Origin: Candidatus Zixiibacteriota bacterium
Lineage (GTDB): Bacteria; Zixibacteria; MSB-5A5; JAABVY01
Direction: 5' to 3'
DNA: 64,000 bases
NCBI GenBank assembly: GCA_014728145.1
Contig: WJMC01000062.1
Location: 558 to 64,557 of the forward strand
The notes below the pieces were generated by a model that was given only the letters and a program-made list of their open reading frames with translations, had not been told where the DNA came from and did not search any database. Below, one piece after another: positions 26,686 through 35,412 of this stretch (position 1 is its first letter; every line of letters begins with the position of its first letter). A program made the translations under genes and the position numbers.

Positions 26686-27346
26686 GCTGGCAGTTTCGGC
26701 AGGGAGAGAAGCCGATATCGAGGAAGTCTTCACGGGTCGCTTTAATAATCCTGTTTTCAGTTTCAATATTTTCTGCGGACCGGCAACCGGGCCTGTGAAA
26801 GCGCCAGGTAGCGGTATTGCCGATATAGTGATCCGCAGGCGCCGGAGCCGGCAGTGACCAGATCCCGAACTTGTTGTGACGGGCATGGAACTGATCCTCG
26901 ATATACAACTGGCGGTATTCACGCTTCCTCATATCTTCAGGGAAGATATACACTCTCGCCAGCCCGGCCTTGAGCAGTTCACGGTTGACGAAGGCACCAT
27001 CGGCAAAAACATAGGCCAGCAGGCGACCGTAACGATCCCGCTTGCGATGGTCGAACTCATAGCGCAACTCACTGCCGTACAACAGACTGTCTAAAAATAC
27101 GGTGGCCGAGGAGTAGAACGGCTGACCTCGTTCGGGGGTATCGATTCCGAGCAGACGGATGGTCTCATCATTTGAATCCCGGAATGTGTCGCCGTCAATG
27201 ATCTCGACCGCGACTACTCCAGGCGACGGATCGACGCCCGTAGCCGGGCGATCATCGTTAAACTGCAGGTAAAAATAGACTGCCAGGACAGCCAGTACTA
27301 ATAGTGCGAGCGCGATCGACCTGCGATTTTTTCGGGCTGAATTCAT
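26681..27346 (-). CDS. Membrane-anchored thermonuclease (staphylococcal nuclease/SNase fold) fused to a C-terminal Ada-type zinc-ribbon DNA-binding domain
   Basis: An N-terminal KR-rich stretch is followed by a transmembrane helix. The SNase motifs are IDGDT, LLGIDTPE, DRYGRLLAYVFADG and GIWS. The C-terminus FHRPGCRSAENIETENRIIKATREDFLDIGFSPCRNCQP aligns to the E. coli Ada N-terminal zinc site FCRPSCRAR...GFRPCKRCQP. AGGA overlaps the stop of the upstream gene 10 nt before the ATG. Confidence 0.8.
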   Translation of the reverse strand: MNSARKNRRSIALALLVLAVLAVYFYLQFNDDRPATGVDPSPGVVAVEIIDGDTFRDSNDETIRLLGIDTPERGQPFYSSATVFLDSLLYGSELRYEFDHRKRDRYGRLLAYVFADGAFVNRELLKAGLARVYIFPEDMRKREYRQLYIEDQFHARHNKFGIWSLPAPAPADHYIGNTATWRFHRPGCRSAENIETENRIIKATREDFLDIGFSPCRNCQP

Positions 27347-27356
27347 CAGAAAATCC

Positions 27357-29750
27357 TCATTCTATCCGGCCAGAACTGGACCCGTCCGGGTTTTCATCGA
27401 TGGTGATCAAAGTCGAAACCGACTGTTTGATGTCTTCCACATGAGTCACGATCAGGATCTGCTGGAAGAAATCCTGCAGGCCGGCGATCGCGTTCAATAT
27501 ATTTTCCTGCCGGAAAACATCCTGGCTTCCGAAGACCTCGTCCAGTATTAAAAAACCTGATTCCAAGCGCGATGACTCCGCCAGCATCCGTGAAATCGCC
27601 ATCCGCAGGCTGAGATTGCCGAGATCCTGTTCCCCCCCCGAAAACCGTTTCAGCTCCCGCATTTCTCCGAAGTCGCGGATCTGGATATCGTAGTTCTCAT
27701 CCAGTTCGAGATCGGTAAACTTGCCATCCGACATGACTTCAAGAAGATCGCTGGCGATATTGCGCAGGGTCGGCCGGATCCGTTTGGCCAGCTCGATTTT
27801 TAATTCGCCCAGCAGCTGTTTAAGGGTGTCCAGGTAGATTTTGTCGGTTATAATCTGTTTTGAACGGACGCGGGCCTGCTCAATCTCCTCCAGTTTGATA
27901 TTTAACTGCTCGAGTCTGGATTCAGAAGCCCTGAGGTTACCAAGCGCGTCGGCAAGCTCACGGTCACAGGCCCTCAGCCTGTCGGATTGCTTTTCAAGAC
28001 TGTTTTTAAGCTCGAGATATGCTTTTTCGGAGAACCCGGTCAGATCGATTGCCTGCTGGATATCCTCTATGTTATTATTAATAGTATCGATCTCAGATGA
28101 CAAATATTCAGCGGTTTTTTTGATCGGCTCGAGTTTTTCGATTCTGCCCGCGAGCCTGTCAGCTTCCTGGCGCTTTTCGACCATGGACTTGACGGTTTGT
28201 TTGATATTTTTGTGCTTTTCGGGGTCGTAGTCGACCGCGGAAGCCTCCGCCAGCTTACTGTCCAGCTCCGCTTTTTCGGCTTTAAGGCGTAAAAACTCCT
28301 GCCTCATCTGGTTGATTTCTCCCTGGCGCGCAGAGAGTTCCCGGCGAAGCGGTTCAAGCTTGTGGCGCCTCTCCTCACTGGATTTCAAATCCCCTGTAAA
28401 TTTTCTGTACTCTTTTTGGTGCTCTTGCAGTTCTGTCCGGCCGGATTGCTCATTTTTCTGCAGGATTTTCATTTCGCGTTCGAAATGTGCTTCTATCTCA
28501 TCTTTTTCACCCGCAAAAGGCCTCAGGCAGAAACTGCAGACCGCCTCAGGGCCGAGCCTCTCTATCTCCGACAACTGCTTGCGGAGACGTTTCAACTCAG
28601 TTTCAGTCCGGCTATAAGCCACTTTCCGCTCAGTGATCAGGTCAGCCAGCTCATCTCTTTGCCCTGATAATGATTTTATATTATTAATAATAGTATCATA
28701 ATCACTGGTCTGCTGTTCGAGTCTTTCGATTTTTGTGCCCAGAATCTTACCGTCGGCTTCGATCTGCTCCAGACGCCCTTCGAGAGCTTTCTGTCGCTCT
28801 TTTTGGGAGGACAGCTTTTGGAAGGCAACTCTTTGTTCTTCAAGATTTTCCAGCTTTTGCGAGAGATTGTCGAGAGATTCTGTCTGACTACGGAGCAATT
28901 CATAACGTTTACGGCTTTTCTCGATCTGTTCGATCTCCTCTTTGATTTCAGCCAGTCTCTTTTTATCGCTTTCAACCTGCCGGGTGGAGATCTCAAGTTT
29001 AGTTTTCAGGTTGCGGAACTCATCGCGCTTTTTATCCAGTTCGGAAAATTCTGCCTGCAACTCTTTGAGACGTTTCTCTCCGCTCGTTGATTTTTCTTGT
29101 AAGCCGTTGACCTGTAACGACAGACTCTCCCTTTCCTGAGAGCATTCGACCAGTTTTTGACGGATGTTTTCGTGACCTTCCAAAAACCTGTCGAGGGCTT
29201 CTTTTTCTCCGGCCAACTGCCGCAGATCCCCCTTAATATTATTATTAATAATATGGTTGATTTTATCCAGCCGGAGCATCTCCTCCAGGCGCTGTCCCCG
29301 TTCGGCCGGACGGAGTTCGGTCAGGAGGTTGAGTTCGCTCTGGCGGGTGTAAAACGAGGTCTGGAAGGCCTTAAAATCCAGGCCGGTCAGCTTCTGGACC
29401 TGTTCGCTGACTTCACGGGGGCCTTCGGAGAGCAACTTATCACCCAGATAAAGCTTTGCCTCGCTTTTGTTTGGCGGTTTGAAACCACGTTCAATGCGAA
29501 AATCGCCTGAGTTTAAGCTGAAATCGAGCCGTGCTCGGGTTTCGAGGCCGGATTCGAGAAAATCGGGGTAGATCTCTTCATTTTTGGTTTTCAGGGCCGT
29601 GCTACCGTAGAATAGCCAGGCGATGATCTCCAGCAGGGTGGATTTGCCGACTCCGTTGCGTCCCACCACGCCGATTATTCCGGGCGGGAAACTGATTTCG
29701 AGTTCAGCGAACTTTCTGAAATTGCCCACAGACAGTTTATTCAGGATCAT
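27357..29750 (-). CDS. Rad50/SbcC-type ABC ATPase with a long coiled coil and a central CxxC zinc hook
   Basis: The likely start is MILNKLSVGNF. The track ORF starts at a TTG at 29786. Walker A is GVVGRNGVGKST. The coiled coil runs ~600 aa with CSFC at its midpoint. The C-lobe carries SGGEQ, LILDEVFGSQD and THVED. Confidence 0.8.
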   Translation of the reverse strand: MILNKLSVGNFRKFAELEISFPPGIIGVVGRNGVGKSTLLEIIAWLFYGSTALKTKNEEIYPDFLESGLETRARLDFSLNSGDFRIERGFKPPNKSEAKLYLGDKLLSEGPREVSEQVQKLTGLDFKAFQTSFYTRQSELNLLTELRPAERGQRLEEMLRLDKINHIINNNIKGDLRQLAGEKEALDRFLEGHENIRQKLVECSQERESLSLQVNGLQEKSTSGEKRLKELQAEFSELDKKRDEFRNLKTKLEISTRQVESDKKRLAEIKEEIEQIEKSRKRYELLRSQTESLDNLSQKLENLEEQRVAFQKLSSQKERQKALEGRLEQIEADGKILGTKIERLEQQTSDYDTIINNIKSLSGQRDELADLITERKVAYSRTETELKRLRKQLSEIERLGPEAVCSFCLRPFAGEKDEIEAHFEREMKILQKNEQSGRTELQEHQKEYRKFTGDLKSSEERRHKLEPLRRELSARQGEINQMRQEFLRLKAEKAELDSKLAEASAVDYDPEKHKNIKQTVKSMVEKRQEADRLAGRIEKLEPIKKTAEYLSSEIDTINNNIEDIQQAIDLTGFSEKAYLELKNSLEKQSDRLRACDRELADALGNLRASESRLEQLNIKLEEIEQARVRSKQIITDKIYLDTLKQLLGELKIELAKRIRPTLRNIASDLLEVMSDGKFTDLELDENYDIQIRDFGEMRELKRFSGGEQDLGNLSLRMAISRMLAESSRLESGFLILDEVFGSQDVFRQENILNAIAGLQDFFQQILIVTHVEDIKQSVSTLITIDENPDGSSSGRIE

Positions 29751-30418
29751 AGGTTTAAAGAAAGCACAAAATCGCCTTTCGGGCAATCATTTTTCATTAC
29801 TTTAGGTGTCACAGAAAGTGCGAAAATATGCGATTTTTTCCGATTTTAATCTTGACAAAATTCAATAAAGTGTTAATATAAAGGCGGCTTGATAAAACAG
29901 ATTGACTGCGACTTGATGGCTTGGGTTGCGGTTAGTCGAACAATGCTTCTTCTTTTGCTTGAATTAATTGTTACGGAAATGCCCTAATAATGTAATGGGT
30001 TGGCTGGTACAATTACATCCAGGCGTTTTTCTTTTCTTTACCTCAATTCTTTTTCATACATACTAACTAAATGTATACGTGGCATTTACCTCAATTAAAC
30101 CGTTTAACGGAGGTACTCATATAGGGGATTACGAGGCGATAAAAGAATTACAGAAAAGCTTTGAAATACTTGCCAAATGGGAAGAGCACGGGATTGCAGC
30201 GAGTGCAAGCCAGGTGCGAATCCCGACTCCGTAAATTAGGAAAGTCAAGTTGTCGACTCAGGATATCGATTCCGCTCCCTAGACAAGAACAGAATCGATG
30301 TCACGGCCTAAAAGAACTATGGCGCTTGAAGAGTTGCGTCAGAACGCTTTCTGGTTGAAAGCTGACAGCTTGGAGTTGACGACGAGAATATCTTCCTAGT
30401 CTTTAAGGAGGAATCTAA

Positions 30419-33400
30419 ATGATTAAAAAACTCTTAATGGCATTAGTTGTCTTTAGTTTTCTAATTGGTAGCATGGCCTTTGCTGGACCGGACTTCAAGG
30501 ACGGATCCATGGTAGGCGGTGTGTTCAAACTTGACGAAGTGCCATCTGTGCCTGTTACTCCCCTGAAACCTGCTGCGGATACCTGCGATTGGCAGGATTG
30601 GCAGTGCAGCGCCCCGTTTAGCATTTATGTCAATGCTTACGGTGGTCAATTTACTTCTGCCTGCGTCCGTTTCAGTCCGACTACTGCTGAACAGTGCACG
30701 CTGGATGAAGCCGCGTTTTACATCTATGATGGTACCGGCTTTGGCTACCCGTTGACTGGTGATGTGGTTGTTACCGTCTGGGGTGAGGACCCGGCTTTCC
30801 CGGATTATCCGGATGAATTCAATACTCCTCTGTACCAGACTGTAATTGACAGCGCTGACCTGGTCTACTATCCGAACGCCAACTACGTTACCATTCCGGG
30901 AGTTACTTTCCAGGGCGAAGATGTCTTTGTCGATGTTGAACCGGTTGATGTCAATTCACCGCTTCTCATCATGGGTGAAGAAAACCTGACCACCTGTGGA
31001 AGTTCTCCGGGTTCATGTACTTCTGAAGTTACCGGTCGCAGTTTGTCATACTACACCGCTTATGGCTACCGCGTATTCCTGTCCGCTTGCGGTGGCACCG
31101 AAGCTGTTAACTACAGCATCCTTGCCCATATCTGCTGTGAAATCCCGACCTATTCCTGCCCTGGTAATCAGGAATGGCCGACTTTCCAGAAGGATTATGC
31201 CAGAAGTGGTTATACCACCAATACCCTTGGTGACCTGACCAACTTTAGAAAACTGTGGGAGTTCCAGGGTGATTTCTATATTACCTGGGGCCACCCGATT
31301 ATCGCTGATGAGCTGGTTTATGTAGCTTTCTACGATCAGCTTGTCTGCCTTGACCTGTATACCGGCTCCCTGGTCTGGAGCACTCTTACTAATACTGATT
31401 ACGCTGCATTCATGCAGTCCCCGGCTCAGAGCATCAGAGTTACACCGACTTTCGAAGACGGCAAACTCTATTTCGGTACCGGTGCGGCATCATTCCAGCA
31501 GGGTTTTGTCTGCGCTGATGCTTTCACTGGTGACACCATCTGGGTACGTCATCCGGCTACCGGTAATCCGCTCGAAGGTGGTGCGTATAGTGGTGAGACC
31601 AAGTACAGCACATCGGTTATCGTCGGTGATTATGTGTACTTTGGTACCACATTTGGTTTTGCCTATGGCCTGAACAAGCTCGATGGTAGTACTTACTGGT
31701 ATGGCACTCTGCCTCTGGGTATGTTCTACTCACCGAGCACTGACGGCACAGATATCTTTGTGGCCACATCCGATGGCGGCGCCGGAACCGGCGACGCTAT
31801 GGTCTACAAGCTCGACGGCGCTGGCGATGGTGCCGGCGGTATGAGCGTTCTGGCAACCTGGGGTGGTTACGATGATGCGGCCGGTACTGCCGAGTACTGG
31901 TTCACCTGTCCGGTTTACAGTGCCGATGAAGATGCTCTCTATGTCAACGGCGCTCTGCCGGAAGGCATGGGTCTGGGCACCAATGGCGTCAATGAAGGTC
32001 TTTTGATGAAGCTGAACGCTTCAGATCTGACCCCGATTTGGCCCAGCTGGAACCTGACAATGGATCCGCAGTACGTCACCCCGACCCTGATGCCCTATCC
32101 GTGGGAGACCATCAACGTCGGTGGCGGTCCTGCCGGAACCTCGATCTATTATTTCAATACCAACGCCTCGCTCGCTTCCACCCGTCAGTTTACTTTCGGT
32201 GGCAGCCTGACCTGGTCTGGTATGTATGATGCTTACTATGATCCTTTCGGATTCTTCTGGGATATCCAGGATAACTCCATGGCCGCTACCTGTGACCCGT
32301 ATCTGTTTGCCGGTTACACCCTGGACGGCTGGTGGAGAATTATCAATCCGAATACCGGTGATGTAGCACTTAAGTATCACTTCTCCGATTACGTTCTCGG
32401 TAACGCTATTGCTGAATACGCAGACAAAGACTATGTTATTACCACGACTTTCGCTTCCGCTTATGGCAACGGCTATGGTAAGGTATTCTGCTTCGACATC
32501 GGTCCCGATCGTCCGCGTCTGAATGTACCTGAACTGACTGTTACTCTGCCTTCAGTTTCATTCCTCGATCCCGATCCTCAGTACAGGTCCACCGATCTGT
32601 TCGAGAACATCGGTAGTGCTGACATGAACTACACCATCGCTCTCGATGATGGTGCCAAGATGGTTGATGTTGCCGGTAACGGCGGCCTCACCAAGTATGC
32701 TCAGGACCTCAAGAACAGCATGGTTAACAGAGAAGCCACTCTCGACGAGGGCCTCGCTCTGAATCTGGACAAGTCCAGAGACAGTTATGTTTCCCAGGGC
32801 GCTCCGGACTTCGTCACCATTCCGGCTGGCGATGAAACCGGCATTCTGGCTCCGGGTGCTATGCTGAATCAGGAATTCACCCTTACCCCGAGCATGATGA
32901 CTCGTGGTAACAACCCGTTCTACGTGCTGGTTGACACTGATGATCCTGATTACAATCCTGAAGACGATTCTCCGTATCCGCATGCCGACCCGCAGGAAAT
33001 CATCACTGTGGTTGCGGTCAAGGGTTATGATTTCTGCGACGGTTATGTGAACTTCGGTACCGGCACCAACACCTCTTATTTCACCAACGCTGGTTGGCAG
33101 AATAATGCTGGTAGCCCGTCCGACGCTTTCATGATCGATGATTACGAGGCTTTCCTGTATCACCACTCCTTCTTCTATGCTTATGAAGAAGCTCATATCG
33201 CGTGGCAGGAAGAAGCCGGTAACGGTATCAATCACTTCGAGCCGAACAGCGCTTGCACTGCCGGCTCCTGGACTGAAGACCTGTACGCTTCTGACGGCAG
33301 TTCCGTTGTCGTCAACGGTGATGTCTTCTCCGCCACCTGGATCGACTCCCTCAAGGACAAGACCACTGGCGAATTTGATCCGTTCGCAACCATCGGCATG

Positions 33401-34213
33401 GAAATGACCATCAACGCTTACGGTGGCTTTGACGATGCCTTCGCCAACTTCACCTACACCTATTTCGAACTGCAGAATCGTGGCAACGATCCTCTGCCGG
33501 CCGACCTCTACTGGGGTGCCTGGGCTGACTGGGATGTCGCTTCATATCTGGCAAACATCGGTGTGGGTATGGTCGAAGACGGCCTGAGTGCCTATCGTAT
33601 CTATGACAATACCGCTCCTAACTTCCAGTATGGTATCGGTACTGTTCCGCTGGCCGGTAATATCTACCCGGCTGGTGATCCTACGACCGGCGCTTACAAC
33701 TCCGTCCAGATCGCCAACGATCCGTATGTGTATGATAACATCTGCGTCGACTCCCTGTGGAACACCGTGGATGAATGCGCGGCCTTCACAGACTGCTACT
33801 ATCCTGGCACCGAACTGGGTGTCAACCCGGGTCAGGATATGAGCGCCATCATTACCGGTGGCAAGATTCCGAATACTATCACCGGTAACCAGGCGACCTT
33901 CAAGGGCGGTTTCGTGATGTTCGGCTTCACCGACGCTGCCTCCCCGCAGGCTGATATTGCTGAAGTGATGAACTTCGCTAACAAGTTCGCCGGCTTCGGT
34001 CGTGGCGATGTCAATAACGACAATGTCGTTAACATCGTTGACCTCTGCCTGCTGAACTCCTATGTGAACTGCGGTGGCAACCCGCCGTATCCGTTCGTCT
34101 ACCTCGGCGATGTCGACGGCGTCGCTGGTATCGATCAGGCTGATGTTGACTACCTGTTTAACTACCTGTTTATGGGTGGCGACATGCCTATCGGTGACTG
34201 GATCGTAAGGTAA
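30419..34213 (+). CDS. Secreted 1,264-aa protein with PQQ/BamB-like beta-propeller repeats and a C-terminal tandem dockerin module
   Basis: Carries a signal peptide. Repeats read ...LVYVAFYDQLVCLDLYTGSLVWS..., ...KLYFGTGAASFQQGFVCADAFTGDTIWV... and ...YVYFGTTFGFAYGLNKLDGSTYWY.... The C-terminus reads GDVNNDNVVNIVDLCLLNSYV...GDVDGVAGIDQADVDYLFNYLF. An AGGAGG RBS precedes the start. Confidence 0.75.
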   Translation: MIKKLLMALVVFSFLIGSMAFAGPDFKDGSMVGGVFKLDEVPSVPVTPLKPAADTCDWQDWQCSAPFSIYVNAYGGQFTSACVRFSPTTAEQCTLDEAAFYIYDGTGFGYPLTGDVVVTVWGEDPAFPDYPDEFNTPLYQTVIDSADLVYYPNANYVTIPGVTFQGEDVFVDVEPVDVNSPLLIMGEENLTTCGSSPGSCTSEVTGRSLSYYTAYGYRVFLSACGGTEAVNYSILAHICCEIPTYSCPGNQEWPTFQKDYARSGYTTNTLGDLTNFRKLWEFQGDFYITWGHPIIADELVYVAFYDQLVCLDLYTGSLVWSTLTNTDYAAFMQSPAQSIRVTPTFEDGKLYFGTGAASFQQGFVCADAFTGDTIWVRHPATGNPLEGGAYSGETKYSTSVIVGDYVYFGTTFGFAYGLNKLDGSTYWYGTLPLGMFYSPSTDGTDIFVATSDGGAGTGDAMVYKLDGAGDGAGGMSVLATWGGYDDAAGTAEYWFTCPVYSADEDALYVNGALPEGMGLGTNGVNEGLLMKLNASDLTPIWPSWNLTMDPQYVTPTLMPYPWETINVGGGPAGTSIYYFNTNASLASTRQFTFGGSLTWSGMYDAYYDPFGFFWDIQDNSMAATCDPYLFAGYTLDGWWRIINPNTGDVALKYHFSDYVLGNAIAEYADKDYVITTTFASAYGNGYGKVFCFDIGPDRPRLNVPELTVTLPSVSFLDPDPQYRSTDLFENIGSADMNYTIALDDGAKMVDVAGNGGLTKYAQDLKNSMVNREATLDEGLALNLDKSRDSYVSQGAPDFVTIPAGDETGILAPGAMLNQEFTLTPSMMTRGNNPFYVLVDTDDPDYNPEDDSPYPHADPQEIITVVAVKGYDFCDGYVNFGTGTNTSYFTNAGWQNNAGSPSDAFMIDDYEAFLYHHSFFYAYEEAHIAWQEEAGNGINHFEPNSACTAGSWTEDLYASDGSSVVVNGDVFSATWIDSLKDKTTGEFDPFATIGMEMTINAYGGFDDAFANFTYTYFELQNRGNDPLPADLYWGAWADWDVASYLANIGVGMVEDGLSAYRIYDNTAPNFQYGIGTVPLAGNIYPAGDPTTGAYNSVQIANDPYVYDNICVDSLWNTVDECAAFTDCYYPGTELGVNPGQDMSAIITGGKIPNTITGNQATFKGGFVMFGFTDAASPQADIAEVMNFANKFAGFGRGDVNNDNVVNIVDLCLLNSYVNCGGNPPYPFVYLGDVDGVAGIDQADVDYLFNYLFMGGDMPIGDWIVR

Positions 34214-34234
34214 TAGCATACCTTCGATAGATCT

Positions 34235-34269
34235 GGGGAAAGCAATTTACTTGCTTTCCCCTTTTTTTT
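34235..34269 (+). terminator. Rho-independent terminator
   Basis: A GGGGAAAGCAA-tttac-TTGCTTTCCCC hairpin is followed by T8. Confidence 0.75.
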
Positions 34270-34307
34270 ATGTAGATTTGCCCCTGTTTCAACCGTAGTA
34301 TTAAAAA

Positions 34308-35408
34308 ATGGAAGAAGACAAGCAGAAATTAATGGCATCGGGCCGTATGCTGGTTCCGATATTCGCCGGTTACGCGGCAATCGAGGCAATCTATCATTCC
34401 GGTGACGACCTGATATTCAAAACGACTCCCCGGCTTCCCCCGCCGATCTGGCAGGATAAAGCCTCCGAGCAGGCACTCAGCCTGGGTTTTAAGCTGAGTT
34501 TTCACGATGACAGTGGTTCATTATTAATAGTCGCGAAGGAAGTTAAAGCTCCCTCACACAGGATACCATGGTTGAATATCCTGTTATTCGCGGCTACTGT
34601 AGTTTCGATGGTGATCGCTTACAGCTTCATGAGCCACGGCAGTGGTATCTTCAAAGATTTCAGCCTGATGGTGGAAGGTGTTTATTTTGCCTTGTCATTA
34701 ACACCGATACTGTTATTCCATGAGTTCGGTCACTACCTGGCGGCGAAAAAACATAAGGCTAATGTCAGCCTGCCATATTTTATTCCCGCCCCGACTATCA
34801 TCGGCACGCTGGGTGCGGTTATCAAATCACGTTCACCATTCCGCAACCGCAGGCAATTGTTCGATGTCGGTGTTGCCGGCCCGCTGGCTGGAATGATACC
34901 GACCCTTGTTATTCTTATCATCGGATTTTCCACGGCAAGAGTCGAAAAGATACCGGAAATGACGATGGACGGATCGTTTATCTTTATTGGCGAATCTTTG
35001 GCTTTCAAGCTTTTATTTTTGATCTTCGGGCCGACTGCTCCGGAAGGTTACCAGGTTGTATTATCACCTCTGATTTTTGCCGGCTGGGTGGGTATGCTGG
35101 TTACGATGCTGAACATGATGCCGATCGGCCAGCTGGACGGCGGTCATGTCCTTTATGCCATGTTCGGACGCAAATGGCAGTTCCGGCTGGCGCTGGTCAT
35201 GTTCGTGGCCATGCTGATCATGGGATTCTGGTGGTACGGCTGGTTTTTGTGGGCATTTCTGGCGGCTGTTATTATTAAACTGCGCCATCCGGCCACCCTC
35301 GATGATTCCATTATGCTGGATCGCAGGCGACTGATATTTGGATGGCTCGCGATCGTGATTTTTGTTGTTATCTTTATGCCTGTACCTATTGGATTCGTGG
35401 AAGGATAA
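34308..35408 (+). CDS. Site-2 protease-family (M50) integral membrane zinc metalloprotease
   Basis: HEFGHY is the HExxH motif in a transmembrane helix. NMMPIGQLDGGH is the S2P LDG motif. The protein is polytopic. Confidence 0.8.
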   Translation: MEEDKQKLMASGRMLVPIFAGYAAIEAIYHSGDDLIFKTTPRLPPPIWQDKASEQALSLGFKLSFHDDSGSLLIVAKEVKAPSHRIPWLNILLFAATVVSMVIAYSFMSHGSGIFKDFSLMVEGVYFALSLTPILLFHEFGHYLAAKKHKANVSLPYFIPAPTIIGTLGAVIKSRSPFRNRRQLFDVGVAGPLAGMIPTLVILIIGFSTARVEKIPEMTMDGSFIFIGESLAFKLLFLIFGPTAPEGYQVVLSPLIFAGWVGMLVTMLNMMPIGQLDGGHVLYAMFGRKWQFRLALVMFVAMLIMGFWWYGWFLWAFLAAVIIKLRHPATLDDSIMLDRRRLIFGWLAIVIFVVIFMPVPIGFVEG

Positions 35409-35412
35409 TCGC

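Noticed and set aside
26681..29750. Assigning the SbcC-like/SNase pair to a named defence system such as Lamassu, Gabija, Septu or RloC
   Set aside because: The ATPase has a full Rad50 hook and coiled coil and no Toprim or HNH domain, and the effector is an SNase. The pair matches no named system's domain composition, so it is left as uncharacterised.
30183..30225. tRNA-like T-arm string GGTGCGAATCCCG
   Set aside because: The surrounding sequence cannot form an acceptor stem, a D-arm or an anticodon arm. It folds only as a simple GGGATT/AATCCC hairpin.
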